Below are positions 10,458 through 22,347 of a DNA stretch of 64,000 bases, piece by piece. This DNA is from Cyanophora paradoxa CCMP329. Lineage: Eukaryota; Plantae; Glaucophyta. Position numbers and translations under genes: made by a program. The DNA lies in contig QPMI01000104.1 of NCBI GenBank assembly GCA_004431415.1, positions 248,001 to 312,000 of the forward strand, in the 5' to 3' direction. The notes beneath the pieces were generated by a model that saw only the letters and a list, made by a program, of their open reading frames with translations, made no database searches and was not told where the DNA came from. How positions within the stretch are numbered: position 1 is the stretch's first letter; the number at the start of each line of letters is the position of its first letter.

Positions 10458-13400
10458 GGGCAGCGACGGCCTCGCGGCGAGCGTGGAGGGCATCGGAGGA
10501 GGCGGCGGCGGCCTGCGCAGCCGATCGGTCAGCCAGCTACAAAGTGGGGCGCCAGGCCGGGCCCCTGGCCGACCTCGGCCCGGGCGGCCTCGGCGGCCTT
10601 CTCCGCCTGCGCCAGCCGCTTCCGCATCGCCTCCGCCTCCGCCGCGGCCTGCGCGGCGCCGTCAGAGGCCGGCGCGCCAGCGCCGGCGCTGGCGGCGGAC
10701 GAACAGCGGCGAGGTCGGAGCGGGCGCGCGCCGCCTCCTCCCGCGCCTCCCGCGCCGCCCGCTCCGCGCTCTCCGACTCGATCCGAGCCACCTGTACCCC
10801 GTCGGGAAGGGCGGGGGGATGAAGCGCAGGGGGGGCACCTCGGCGTCGGAGGCGAGGCGGGACTGTGCGGCGGAGGAGGCGCGGAGGGCCGCCGAGAGCC
10901 GAGCCGCCTCCGCCCGTGCCTGTACCCCGCGCCCGCCGGCTCGGCGGGGGGGGGGGGATTGAGTGAGAGGGGTACCGCACCGCTTCGAGGTCGGCCCGGA
11001 GCCGCGACAGCTCCTCTCCTGTACCCCTCCTAAGACCGGCGGGGGGCGGGGATGGGGGAGGGGAAGGGAGGCGGGTACCGGCGAGGGGATCGACCCCTGG
11101 CCGGGGTACGCCGGAGTTGTCGGGCCCCGAAGCCGTGACCGGAGCCCGGTACGAGCCCATCAGCTGTGGATCGGTTCAGAAGGGAAAGGAGGAGGGGTGC
11201 GGTGGGCGGCGTGCACACCTGGTCCAAGGATATGTCGGCATCGATGCTTTCTGTACCCCCCGCGGCCCCCGCGGCCCCGCGCGCCCGGGCCGCCCGCTCG
11301 AACAGCGCGTCCGCCTCCTCCGCCCTCCCCAGCGAGTACAGGACTGCCGGGCGCCGCATCAGCAGATTCGGAGCCTCTGAGCGGCTCGGGCCGGCGCCGG
11401 GGCGGACCGCGGGCGAGGGACTCGGCGACGGGCGCGCAGGAGGGGTGATCGGGCCCCGCCGCTGCCTCCTGCATCCCCAGAGCCCGCTGCGAAACCCGCT
11501 CAGCTCGTCCGACTCAGGTGAGCGCGGGCGAGAAAGGCGTACCCGGAGCAAGGGCGCGGCCTCCGCCGCGCGCCCCTGCTCGGCAAGTGTCGCCCCCAGG
11601 GCGGCCAGCGCCGAGACCAATCGGGGCCCTTCGGGAGCCGACCCCGCGTCCAGCACCTCCAGCGCCCTCTGCGGCGCGGCGTGAGGGGGGTACGCCGAAA
11701 TTTTGTCGGGCTCGGGCGTACCCTGAAGAGGGCCTCGGCCTCGGCTAATTCCCCCCGGTGGAAGTAGACCTCGCCCAGGCCGCAGGCGCAGCTCACCTGA
11801 GGACCCTTTCGTTAGGGGCGCGCGCGAGGGCGGCGGGCGGTGGGGCAGGGGGGTAAGGGCCTGCGCGGCGCGGAGCTCTTCCGGACGCTCCTCGGAGGGG
11901 GCCGCGTCGAGGGCAGCCAGCGCGCGCTGCGGGGCCGTGAGTGGAGGTGCGGGCGGGAGAGCCGGGCGAGGGGGGGTACGGCGTTCTCGCCTTCAGCGGC
12001 GCCTCGGCGGCGCCGTCCTTGCCCCTGCGGCTGTACGTGACGGCGAGGGCGCAGCAGGTCCCGATCGCGAGGGGGCTCAGCCCGAAGGCCGCCTCCTGCA
12101 CCGCCAGCGCCCGCTGCGGGGCCAGCTCAAGGTAAGATCTAAGGATGCACAAGATCTTAGGATCTAATCGTATTCTTAGAGGGGCTTTAAAGCAATATCT
12201 TAGCACAAGATGGAGAGATTTGGGGGATCTTAGGATCGGGATGCTTGAAGGATGAACGATAAAATTCGGGCGCGCCTCCAGGAGGGCCTCCGCCTCGTCG
12301 TGGAGCCCGCGGCCGGCGCACGCGTCCGCCAGCCTCTGCAGGCTGCGCGCGGCGGGATGCGTGAGAAGTGAGGGAAAGGGAAGGAAGGGAGGGCGGGGGC
12401 CGCGCCTGAAGGCGGTGCGGGGGTGCTGCGGCCCGTACTCCGCCTCGCTCGCCGCCAGCGCGCGCTGCGAAGGCGAGAAACACGGTTCAGTTCCAGTGAG
12501 TTTCAGCTAAGTTTCAGTGAGTCAGTGAGGGACTCCGGGAGAGGGCGCACTCGAAAGAGGGCTTCGGCCCTCGCCAGGTCGCCCCGCTGCATGCACTCCT
12601 GGCCCCGCTGCGCAGGCGGTCGGCCAGCTGAGCGAGACGGCGGAGTGGATGGCGGAGGCGCGCGGACCCGCTCAAGCTCGGCGAGGGCGGCCTCGGGTCC
12701 CACGGGCGCCGCCTCGCGATCGCGCCCCGGCGGCTGCTCGGCCTCCTCCAAGAGCGAGGCCGCCCGCGCCCCACGCGGAGCGGGGCCCTCCGGGCGGCTC
12801 CCAAGCTCCTCCAGCGCGCTCGCCAGCTGCCCGGTCGGAGGTCAGAAGAGGCGGCGGGCCGCTCCGCAAAGTGCGCAAGCGCACCTGCTCCGAGAACGAC
12901 GCGCCGGAGCGCGGGGCCGGGCCCCGGGCGCCCCCGGCGGCGCGGCGGGGGGTACGGAGCCGGAGGAGCCCGGGGCCCGCGGCGCGGCCCGCCCCGGAGC
13001 CGAGCGCGGGGCGACCCTCGAGGGGACGCGGGGACACCACAGCGGCGCCTCCGACTGCCGAGGCGGAGGCGGCGGAGGTGGAGGCGGCGGCGCCGGCGGC
13101 GCGGCGTCCCCAGGTCCCGGGCTTGCTCCCGCCGCCGCCCGAAGACGCGGCGCGCACCCGCGAGAGGGGCGACATCGGCGCCTGTGGAGCCTCTGGTGGC
13201 TCCGAGGAGGTGGAAGTGGAGGGGGCGGGGGCGGGGGCGAGGGCGCTGGGGAGGATGCCGGCGGCGCCGGCGAGGGAGCCGGAGAAGGAGGCGCGGCTGG
13301 CGGGGGCCAGCGGGATGCCCGAGAGCCCCACCTGGCGAGGAGGCCGAGTCAGATCTAGAGCCGATAAGAACGTAAAGCAGAGACCGATAGCTGGGGCGCA

Positions 13401-13682
13401 GGCGGCCTCACTGAGTAGACCTCCTCGATGAAGGAGATCGCCTGCGACTGCCTGCGACGCCCCCACCCCCGTGCTCAGATGAGATCTGAGCCGGGCCGGG
13501 GCGGCCCCGGACGCACCGGTAGGCCCGCCCCCCGACGGCGAAGTGCTGGCTGGAGGCGGGCGCGGGGAGGGAGACCAGGGCCGCCTGGGAGCGGCGCGAG
13601 GGCGCGCCCCGCGCCTGCAGCGCCTGCCGAGTGCTCCCCCGTCTCTATGCACATCTCGACTGTAGGGCCGCCCGAGGCTCAT
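9961..13682 (-). CDS. TPR-repeat (kinesin-light-chain-like) + coiled-coil + C-terminal RING (C3HC4) protein, probable E3 ligase, copy 1; 5' end uncertain
   Basis: Exons such as RALEVLDAGSAPEGPRLVSALAALGATLAEQGRAAEAAPLLR, VSCACGLGEVYFHRGELAEAEALFR and RALAASEAEYGPQHPRTAF; Ala/Glu-rich coiled coil; last exon CLACGARPRAVLALPCRHLALCGECFEGPGGARCPFC; TAG stop at 9961. Confidence 0.8.
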
Positions 13683-14273
13683 GATCAGGGGCCAGGGCCC
13701 CTTGGAGGGGCAGGGGGCTCAGCGGGGGTGGAGGGAGCGTGCCGAAGGCCGGGGCCGCTTCTGACCTGACCGCGGGCCGCCCCCTCGGCAGCTGATGGGC
13801 CGCAACGATCGCGGGTACCGCATCGAGGCCCCCGAATCCGTCGCCGACAACCGCGAGGTCTGCCCGCGCGCCCGCCCCCGTGGCCGAGGCTGACGCCGCG
13901 CTGCTGGGCCGGGCCGGGCCGGGCCGGGCTAGGCTGGGATGGGCCGGGCTGGGCTTGGCAAGGGCTAGCGGCTAGCTGCAGGGGAACAGACGCCACCCGC
14001 GCCGCCTCCCGAGGCCCGCCTGGGAAATCTAAATCAAACCGCCTCCGTCGGCGCCGATTGCAACCGCGCCGCGGCAGACCTTCTTCCGCCCCTCCTGCCC
14101 GCACCCCATGGCCACCCCCTCAACCCTCCCGTCCACGGGCCACAGGCTCACAGCCCCTCTCTACCCCTCACGGCTCCGGATCCTGTCGGACGTGGTATCG
14201 CAGAGCAAATATATACTCAATCCCAGTTCAGCTATCGTATTCAAGCGATTGAACTCTAGTACTGGGACCTAGG

Positions 14274-16529
14274 CTAAACGGCGATGTCGGTGGTGTATGC
14301 CTCGAGCTCGGTGTCGGCAATCATCTGCAGGAATAAAATAAGGCAATTATTGCAAGCCGTGAGCGCGAGCTCACCAAAACCTCGGCGTCCACCTCTTCAT
14401 CTATCTCCACGCAAACGGTATCGATGCCAATTGCAACGTCGGCCTGAGCATCGATATCGATATCCTCGTCATCGACATACTGCGAGACAAGAATCCGCAA
14501 GCGAGATATGTGCATATTTGAATCGACCGACTTGGGAAAACAAAATTCGCACACCGGTACCTTCAGTTCGGCCTCATCCACCAGTGCAACGGCATCGTCA
14601 AGCTGAGCAAATGTACCTTCGTGCGCATGGAGATTTACGTGGTGAGTTTTTCGGATTCAATATTCGCGCATACACTCGATCTTTGAAGTTCGTGCTTACA
14701 ATCGAGCTTGTTCGTGTATCCAGGAACAGTATTGCAATCGAGGCGGAGATTGGTCGACCTGCCTGGAGGCATCACTTCGAGAGACCTCAAAAGTAACAAT
14801 TTTAATGCGAAGAGCAAGCCGAATCTAACGCACGCGGCCTTGCCCCAAACTTCGACCTCGCTGAAGTTCATGTACTGATCGGTCCCTGCCGAATTCGAAT
14901 CCGCTCAGTGGAAGATCGCCAAGTACTGGTACTAGTTGAAATCGGCGTCGACGTCTAGCTCCGGTTTAAACACAACCGCCACACGCACCAGCTGACGACG
15001 TTTTCGTGATCCGAACGGCGTCCCCTGTCCGTATCGAATTCGAACAGAATTAAATTCGAAGTGTGTGAGTTTCTTCGAGCTCGACGTCATTGATCGTAAA
15101 ATTAAAGCGGAATCCGAAATCCGAAATCGCATGGAGGTCACTAGAGGTCAAAAAGTTAAGCGCACCGACAGTCCCCGACGACGGAAGCACGTGCTTTGTC
15201 AAGTTCGTGACAGTGGAATCGAACACGGGGCTGGCAATCGTTGGAGACGTGTAGACCTGCATCCGCCCGAGCTCATGATCAGCTCGACTGGAATATATAT
15301 AACAGCTGGAACAGAGTTCTTGCACCACTTTGCCATCATTCAAAACCTGTCAGTTCGAAGTCAATGCGAACTCGACGTGAGCTTATAATTCCAATTAAGA
15401 GATCGAAGAGCGGAAAGACTCTCGATCGACGTTCGGACGCGAATGTAAATGCGCTTGCCTCGTAAACGATGTTCTTGAATCGGGTCCCAGCGTTACCTGC
15501 GTTGTCTCAAAATAAGCCCTGTGCGTGATTAGAAGAACGTCATTCCTGCACGTACCTGAGCGCTGCGCAATGCAAAATGCGGGCGAGCGTCATGATCAGT
15601 TGCACAAACATTGAATTCGAACTTCTAAGCTTCTTGATTGATTTAACATCGCGCACGTTGTAAACGTCAATTTGTCCGACCGTGTAGTCTTTCTGCAGTG
15701 CAAAGGGTCAGGCTTTATTCGAACGCGGGGATGAAAACCCTAAGTATTCGAAATGTGCGCTTACGCCAAGGTTGATGGTGATGGCAGGCTTCATATCGGA
15801 ATCTGATGAATGATATCCGCGAGCACTGCCAAAGTCCCCAGACTTTCCTTTTCCATCTGTGCGCGTGCATCGCAAGCAGATCGCACTGCAACAATAAGTT
15901 CACTCGCAAATATTGATATCATGCGCACCGGTGGCCAGCGTACTGGGGTAGTCGGAGGTATCTGACGATAGGAAAGGGATGCGCGTTCGGTCAAACAAAT
16001 GTGCGCGTGCATTGGAGACCGTTGACGAAAGGAGCACATTGAGAGGTCGCATTTGTCGAAGCCCCCAGAGCAACGTTCTCCCAACCAGCGGACCTGCCGT
16101 TCCGATCGCGGCACGGTGAGGTTAGATCCGGATCCGGCAACGCCAGCATAAATATAAGGGACGATGAATCGTACTTCATGGAGTTCACGTGGGGTGTCCA
16201 GGCGTCTGCGCCCGCGATCGGCGCCGCGGCCGTCGATGTCGACGTCTGGAGCACCTCGCAACCATATCCCATGCCTTCAGACTCCGTGAAACGCCAGGAT
16301 TTAGCTCCAACAGGCGTGCAAGCGTTTGTTGCTTTCGCTATGTGTTGGCCATATTCGTCCCCGAAAGGATCTTTCAACACTCCCGTGTCCCCATTAAGAA
16401 GGGCGGTCCCCGTGCAGTCCGCGTTGGCAAAGCAGGTAAACTCTGTGGCGCGAACGGCGTCATGCATATGATCGTGATCAGCACGTACCAGCGCTCGAGC
16501 TTCATCGCAAAGCACGCACTGCCGCCCAT
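14274..16529 (-). CDS. F-type lectin (F5/8 type C, fucolectin-like) protein with one lectin domain and an acidic tail, copy 1
   Basis: Spliced product ENVALGASTNATSQYTSDYPSTLATDG...GYHSS...KPAITINLGKDYTVGQIDVYNRSGNAGTRFKNIVYE...MNFSEVEVWG matches the NVAL..A.DG..H..LG..VYNR..EVEV F-type pattern. Last exon MIADTELEAYTTDIAV-TAG. Start MGGK inferred. Confidence 0.75.
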
Positions 16530-16896
16530 GATGACCTCAATCGAATCGGTTCTCGTTCGCGCAACAGCAGCAAGGATCCAGAAGACCCTGCCGCAGTGCG
16601 CAGGGCCGTCGGTCGTCTATAGCAAGCACCAAAGTATGTATCCGCGGCGATTCCGCGCCCTCACCTAGGCCTAGGCCTTAAGAGATTGAACTTCGAACTT
16701 TGAAGTGAACAACCACAAACTTGCAAGTTGAAAGGCAAGAGCGACTCCGAGAACTCTGTCTCCGACTCGGCGAGCTTGACTCAGGCTCGAGGCTCCGAAG
16801 AGCCCAGGCTAGCCGGCCCCCACCTCCGGGGCCGTGGCCCCACGGCCCTAGGAGCCGCGGCTAGCCGGCGGCGGCCTATTGGCAATACTAGCTATA

Positions 16897-17427
16897 CCGT
16901 GTAACACAAAAATATGGCTGACAGATTTATGTCGTTATAGACTTATAGTACGGTTATACAACTTGACCCTTCTCTTGGTGGAATATGACGGTACCAAATT
17001 ATGTCGTAATGAAAATTTCAGGCTTGTCGTCAGTGACTCGTCAGTGACTCAGTGTATGGGGCGGTAAATTGTATGGGGTACCACTGAGAGTGCCCTACTT
17101 TGACGGTCTCAAATTATGTCGTTATTTCACGTCCGAAGCGACATAATCTGGTACCGACATAGTAAAGGTTTTTTTTTGAGAGACTACCGTGGGGCGGCTC
17201 GCTGTGGGCCTGTGGCGCCGCGCCAAGTTCGTTCGGCGCCGGACGTCTGGTGGCCGCCCCAAAAATTACCGCCCCATACAAGCCTTAAAATTTCATAGCA
17301 ACATAATTTGGGAGCGTCATATTTCACGCACGGGAGTCCAGGTTTTATAAACGACATCTCAGATGGCGTCCGACCGTCGGACGGTCACGGTCATATTTAA
17401 GTGTTACTGTGTTACTAAGCTACACGG
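16897..17427. mobile_element. Tc1/mariner-type MITE A (also at 30545-31075 and 42231-44288)
   Basis: TA|CCGTGTAACACaaAAATATGgC versus right end gtcatatttaagtgttac...acacgg; internal repeated aaattatgtcg in both orientations. Confidence 0.55.
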
Positions 17428-17456
17428 TCACCGGGTAGCCGGCGCCGGCCCCCAAC

Positions 17457-17996
17457 TAGGGCTGGCACAGTCCGACTTTTCCCCCACCGGGTCGGTGGGC
17501 CGCTGACTGTTACCCACCGGTGGCGGTCGGTGGAGGTGGGGTACGTGCTACAGTGCGTGAAAATTGACAAGAAATACGCTAAATTCTGCACAGCTTCAAG
17601 GCGCTACGCGCCTACTCTGTTCCCAACTGTCTAAAGCAATTGCAAGTGCTTTGGGGCGAGTTCCGAAAGTTCAAGCCAGTTGTGGGGGAGGCCGGGGTGG
17701 TTGATGCTCAGAAGGGGTACGGGATATCGCGATCGATGGCGTCAGCTCCCTTGGGCTCCGTCGGATTGAAGAGCACAGGAGCGCAGGAGAGCAGGAAGAT
17801 GAACTAAGCAGGACTTTCCTGACCTGGGTGCACGGAATATGTAACTTTCGCGCGCGAGAATATGAAATTTTCGCGAGCCTACCCCCCCTAGAAATTTTAT
17901 TTGTATGGGACCGGGCGTTGTTTGGCGGTGGGCCAGAGTTTCCACCCGGTCGGTGGGAGGCCGCCACTGCCACCGGCCGCCACCGGCCCAGCCCTA
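17457..17996. mobile_element. Non-autonomous TIR element with TAGGG termini (hAT-like; also at 31105-31647 and 44318-44864)
   Basis: TIR TAGGGCTGG(G)C ... GCCCAGCCCTA; subterminal ccaccgg/cggtgg motifs; flanks cggcccccaac and cgggccccaac (imperfect 11-bp direct repeat). Confidence 0.6.
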
Positions 17997-18127
17997 CGGG
18001 CCCCAACCTGGCCGGCGCCGCGGCCGGCTGGCCCCAGCCCGGCCGCCCCACGCCGTCGACGTCCACGCCGTGACGCCGTGACGGTGACGGGCCACGGGCC
18101 ACCGGCCAGTACTAGCCCAGTAGTAGC

Positions 18128-18542
18128 TAGGGTTACCGTCTGACGGTAATGTCGGTCCCCCAGGCTCCGACATCGACAATGTCGAATGTCAGGTGGATTT
18201 CGGTGCGATCCGACAGAGGGGGGGGGGGTAGGGGTCGTCTCCGCCGGCAGAATGCGCCATAAATTATAAATTAAGGCTTCTGGTGCTCCAGGAAGTTATT
18301 CCAAGCAGGTCTGAAGACTCTGAACACATTCCCCACCTAAGGAATCCATTGAAGCGTGGGTTCTAGGTGAGCGACGGGCCGGCGATGGCAGGGAGGGGGC
18401 GAGAAAAGCATTAAAAACTATTTAAAAATGCATTATTTTAATCATTATTTCCGACATGTCGGTCGCCCTCGCCGACACCGCACCGACATTCGACATTGAC
18501 GACCGTTTGACGAAGCTCCGAATTGTCGGTGCGGTAACCCTA
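18128..18542. mobile_element. hAT-superfamily MITE, 415 bp (also at 31780-32192; truncated copy 44997-45163)
   Basis: 11-bp TIR TAGGGTTACCG/CGGTAACCCTA; perfect 8-bp TSD gtagtagc (18120-18127 and 18543-18550); subterminal cgaca/tgtcg motifs. Confidence 0.85.
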
Positions 18543-19038
18543 GTAGTAGCCACTGCTAGCCAGCGCAGGCGGGGCCCGCCGGCGCCGGGGCCTTGCTATT
18601 GACTCAGTGATGCGCGCGAGAGTGACTCAGTGACGTCGACGGTCCGACGGTCGACCTTAAAGCTTGTCGCCGAGTCGCCTAGGGCGATTGCGTAAAATAC
18701 TATGATCAATGATCATCGGATAGCGACTAGCCTAGGCTCAGACTAGCTAGTGCGTCTGCTCGGCCCTTCAGCCACGGGCCACGGCCACGGGCCACGGCCC
18801 AAAGAGCCGCGGCTAGCCGGCGGCGCCGGCCGCCGGCCGGCCGGCGCCGGCCTACTAGGCTAGGGAATCGTACTACAGTACGGACCGTCGGACCGTACGG
18901 TGTACGGTAATAGCGACCGGGGATTCCGGAATCCGGATCCGGGGCCCTTCCGGGCCGGGAATACTAGGGAATCAGTACTAGTAGTAGGGATACGGTGGGG
19001 AATGAAAGGATGCCAGAAAGGATGTACCGAGTCTACTA

Positions 19039-19863
19039 CCGTCGGGCACTAAATTACCGCGGCAGAAATTACCGCGTTCCAGGAGGGGACCCCGCCGGGG
19101 TCGTTCGCGTTATTCAAGCACACCTCTATCTACGTGACCGAGGCGTGCTACTCTACTGGCGCCCGCCCCGGACAGCGGGGGCGCGGGGCCACTATGAATA
19201 GGTATATGTAGAAGTGTTGGTGCTAGAGACCGAGGTGGAAAACCGATCGCACGGATGAACGGAGGCGATGTCGTAGATCTACAAGGTATGCATATATAAA
19301 AGCGTGCCGGACCGGACCCGTCGGGGCATGGGGACGCCCTCTAGAGGGCTGGTGCGTCAGGGCAGCCAGGGGCCGCCCCGCGAACCTAGTCCGCCACGCG
19401 GCGAGTAGAGCTGACGCCCCCTAACGGGCGCCAGGTGCTCGTCTCCGGAATGCTAGAGCGGCGTCTGGAAAGACTAGTGGTCGTTGAGGCGAGCTCAAGG
19501 TGGGACATCGACTGAAAATAAGCACTGGCTGGTCCCTACGGCTATGTACATGAGTTTGTAGTCGACGTGCTCATCTAAAAATTCGATGGGGCTCTACATA
19601 ATAGGTACTGCTAGCGGCGCTATAGCTAGCTGAGGAACGGAACGGAACGGAGGAAGGGAGGGAAGGCCCGAATACAAAAAGGAAATGAGGACGCCCGGCC
19701 GCAGGGGCCGTCTCTGCTAGTGTTCGCCGTCGTCAAGGTGGGAGGCCCACCCCGTGGCCGCCGCCGACGCGGCCACGGGTCGCGCTGCCGCACACCGCGG
19801 GCGCGGGATCGGAGGGTCAGGAGGGCGGGGCCGCGGCCGAGGCCACGGGCATGCCGGCGGGGG

Positions 19864-19900
<37 letters not shown>

Positions 19901-21215
19901 CGCCGCATTCGCAGGGCCCGAGAGGAGGTGGACCAGAGCCGGCGCCCGGGTCGCCGCCTGGCAGGGAGGGCCGGGCGACGGGGGCCGGGGGCGGGGGCGA
20001 GGCGGGGGCGGGGGTGGATCGATGGAGCAAGAAACTGAGGCCTGGGACGCGGAGAGTGAGGCGCGCGCGCGCCATGGCGGCCCGGCGCCGGCGGAAAAGC
20101 GAGAAACGGTGGCGCAGGCACGCTGCCAGTGCAGCAACACTAAAAAGCGCCATGTCTCTTCCTGGCCGCTCGACGGGCCGCCCGGGACGGTATATGCACA
20201 GCGCCCCGCGAGGGCAGGCCGAGCGCCGTCGGGGCAGGCCACGTCGTCGCATGCGCAGACATGGGACGGCGAGCGGTATTCGTGGCTTAAAAGTAGCGAT
20301 ATCGATGCAGTCGTGCAGCTATGAGGGCGTACTCGGCTGCGCGCCGAGGGCCTAAGCGACGTCTCCAGTCTCTAAGCGGCGGCCGGCGCCGCGGTCGCTA
20401 GATCTGGCTGAAGTGCTATAGCTAGTGCGGACAGGGCGGCTGTGCCACGGGGCGGTGGGGCAGCGCGCGGGGGCAGCGCAGGCGGCTCCCTGGCGGTATC
20501 GAAGCCCGGTGTCGATGATCGCCCTCGCGTACGCCTGCGCGCGCCCGCGTGCACGAAGCTGCCGAGTGGAAAGCGTGAGCCCGAGCCCGTGATCGACGGA
20601 GCGCAGAGCATCGGTGCCTATGAAGAGCAGTTAAGAGCGAGGGGATAGCGTCCTGGTGGCCGCGGTTGGCGACCCTTGCCCAGTTCGCGTACGCGATCAG
20701 CGAGCTCGAGGGCCGCGCTCCCGATCGGGCGGGCGGGGCCGGCTGGACGGCTGTTCGATCGCACACTGAGCTATCTGCGACTAGGGCTGAAGGCCGGCAG
20801 CGACTGCTGGCGCGCGGAATGCGAGAACCGATACGCTTGCTCCCTGGGAGGCGTGGCGGCTTGGGGAGGTTTTCGGACACGCTGCGGAGTCTCTGCGGGG
20901 GCCCACCGGTCGCCGCTATCCCGCGCGCCCTACTCTACGCTCCCGGCGTGCTCCCAGGGGGGTACCGGATTTTTTTTTCAGAAATTACCGCGTTTAAAAA
21001 CGCGGCCCGCCATAGAGCAAAATACCGCGGTACCAAATTACCGCGTTTTTACAAATTTGAGGCTTGTATGGGGCGGCATTTGGGGGGGTACTGTATGGGG
21101 CGACCTCTCAGCAACAAATTACCGCGGGATCAAATTACCGCGTTTTAACAAATTCTCGGCGCGGTAATTTGGTACCACGGTAATTAAGTGGGCGCGGTAT
21201 TTATGTGTTCTACGG
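19039..21215. mobile_element. Tc1/mariner-type MITE B (261 bp when empty, at 32690-32950), here carrying a 1.9-kb insert
   Basis: TA|CCGTcgggcactaaattaccgcg versus right end (reverse complement) TA|CCGTagaacacataaataccgcg; many aaattaccgcg motifs; shares tgtatggggcg with MITE A. Confidence 0.65.
19079..20978. mobile_element. 1,900-bp copy-1-specific segment between 16-bp direct repeats, ending in oligo(T)
   Basis: cagaaattaccgcgtt at 19063-19078 and 20979-20994; the site is single and empty in copy 2 (~32714-32729). Only decayed, unrecognised ORFs inside. Confidence 0.75.
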
Positions 21216-21326
21216 TAGTACTACTACCGTGTGGCACTATAATACCGCGCTCACCTAATTACCGCGGTACCAAATTACCGCGCCGAGGGGTGCGGTCTCT
21301 TGAAATTAATAATTTTCAAAATTCGA

Positions 21327-21813
21327 CTTGGATGACCAATGTGATTTACGCTTTCATTTTTTTCCGGGAAAATGCTTTTCGACGCTTCTCGACGTGCTGT
21401 TACTGCCCATTAGAGGCCTCTCATAGAAAAGCCGCCTCGGCCATCGTGCTCCCCAGGGTCGAAAACGGGTACCTAGGTCCAAAAATTTTGGCCTGAATCG
21501 CATTTTGAATCCACGGACAGGACAGGCACAGACCTAAGGGCCTCTCCTTTCCCCAAGGCCGACACGCTTTTCATTTCATGCTTTCCGTGTTCGAATCGCC
21601 TGCTTTCCATGTTCGAATCCCGCCCGTTCCACATAATTCCGTTCGATCATCACATGTACATGGCATGCCCCACCTTGCCTGTATACGCTCCCACAGTGCT
21701 GGAGTAGACTAGAGGCTGTGGCCGGTAATTCACCAAAAAAAAGAAAAGCACAGAAAATTAAAGCATTTTCCCGGAAAAAAAATAGAAAGCGCAAATCACA
21801 TTGGCCTTCCAAG
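21327..21813. mobile_element. MITE C with ~50-bp imperfect TIRs (also at 33062-33547)
   Basis: cttggatgaccaatgtgatttacgctttcatttttttccgggaaaatgcttt versus right end (reverse complement) cttggaaggccaatgtgatttgcgctttctatttttttccgggaaaatgcttt. Confidence 0.75.
21533..21747 (+). mobile_element. SINE-like retroposon family 1 nested in MITE C (also at 33268-33482)
   Basis: A-rich tail; TSD gcacaga (21526-21532 and 21748-21754); two gttcgaatc B-box-like words; homologue at 9300-9476. Confidence 0.7.
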
Positions 21814-22347
21814 TACATACACCGCTAAGAGTACACAATATGATAATACTCTAATACACCGCTAAGAGTACCCTGTACAAAACCGCCCAAGCCCATTGGC
21901 CACAGCGACAGTACCCGGTACAAAATTTTCCAAAACTGCCACTTTATAATTAGCAGGGGCAAAATCTTTAGTAGGTCGGTCTTCGCAGGGCTTTTGTATG
22001 GCGGAGAGGGCCGGGGACTACCCCTAACAAGCGAGTCCCTGCAAAGCAGGAGTGGCCTTGGGTCTTGGGCCTTCAAGGCGTGAGGGTGGCAGCTCTTTGT
22101 TTTAAAACGGGGCCCGCGGCCGCAACCGCGCGCGGTTATAACTAGGAGCCCGGCCGCGATTGTCGCGCCGGGGGTGCAAGGGGGGAACCGGGATCTAATG
22201 AAAGAGTCCTAGTGGCGCGCATATGTACATGCGCGCGCAGAACGACCCGGCCCAGTGCGCGCGGCAGGTCGAAGGTTAAAGATAAACACAGATTATGATT
22301 TAGCTACAAGCCCGGACCTCATCCGGTGAATCGCTGAATCAGAATCT

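Larger units (their letters stand above)
9954..22340 (+). repeat. Segmental tandem repeat, copy 1 (12,387 bp)
   Basis: Anchor agaatctcta at 9954, 22341 and 34077; same order of TPR-RING gene, lectin gene and MITE stack in each copy. Confidence 0.9.

Noticed and set aside
13790-13870. ADLAVVGDGFGGL as an FAD-binding Rossmann motif at the TPR gene 5' end
   Set aside because: Short match, no confident splice path or start codon, and no downstream oxidoreductase motifs.
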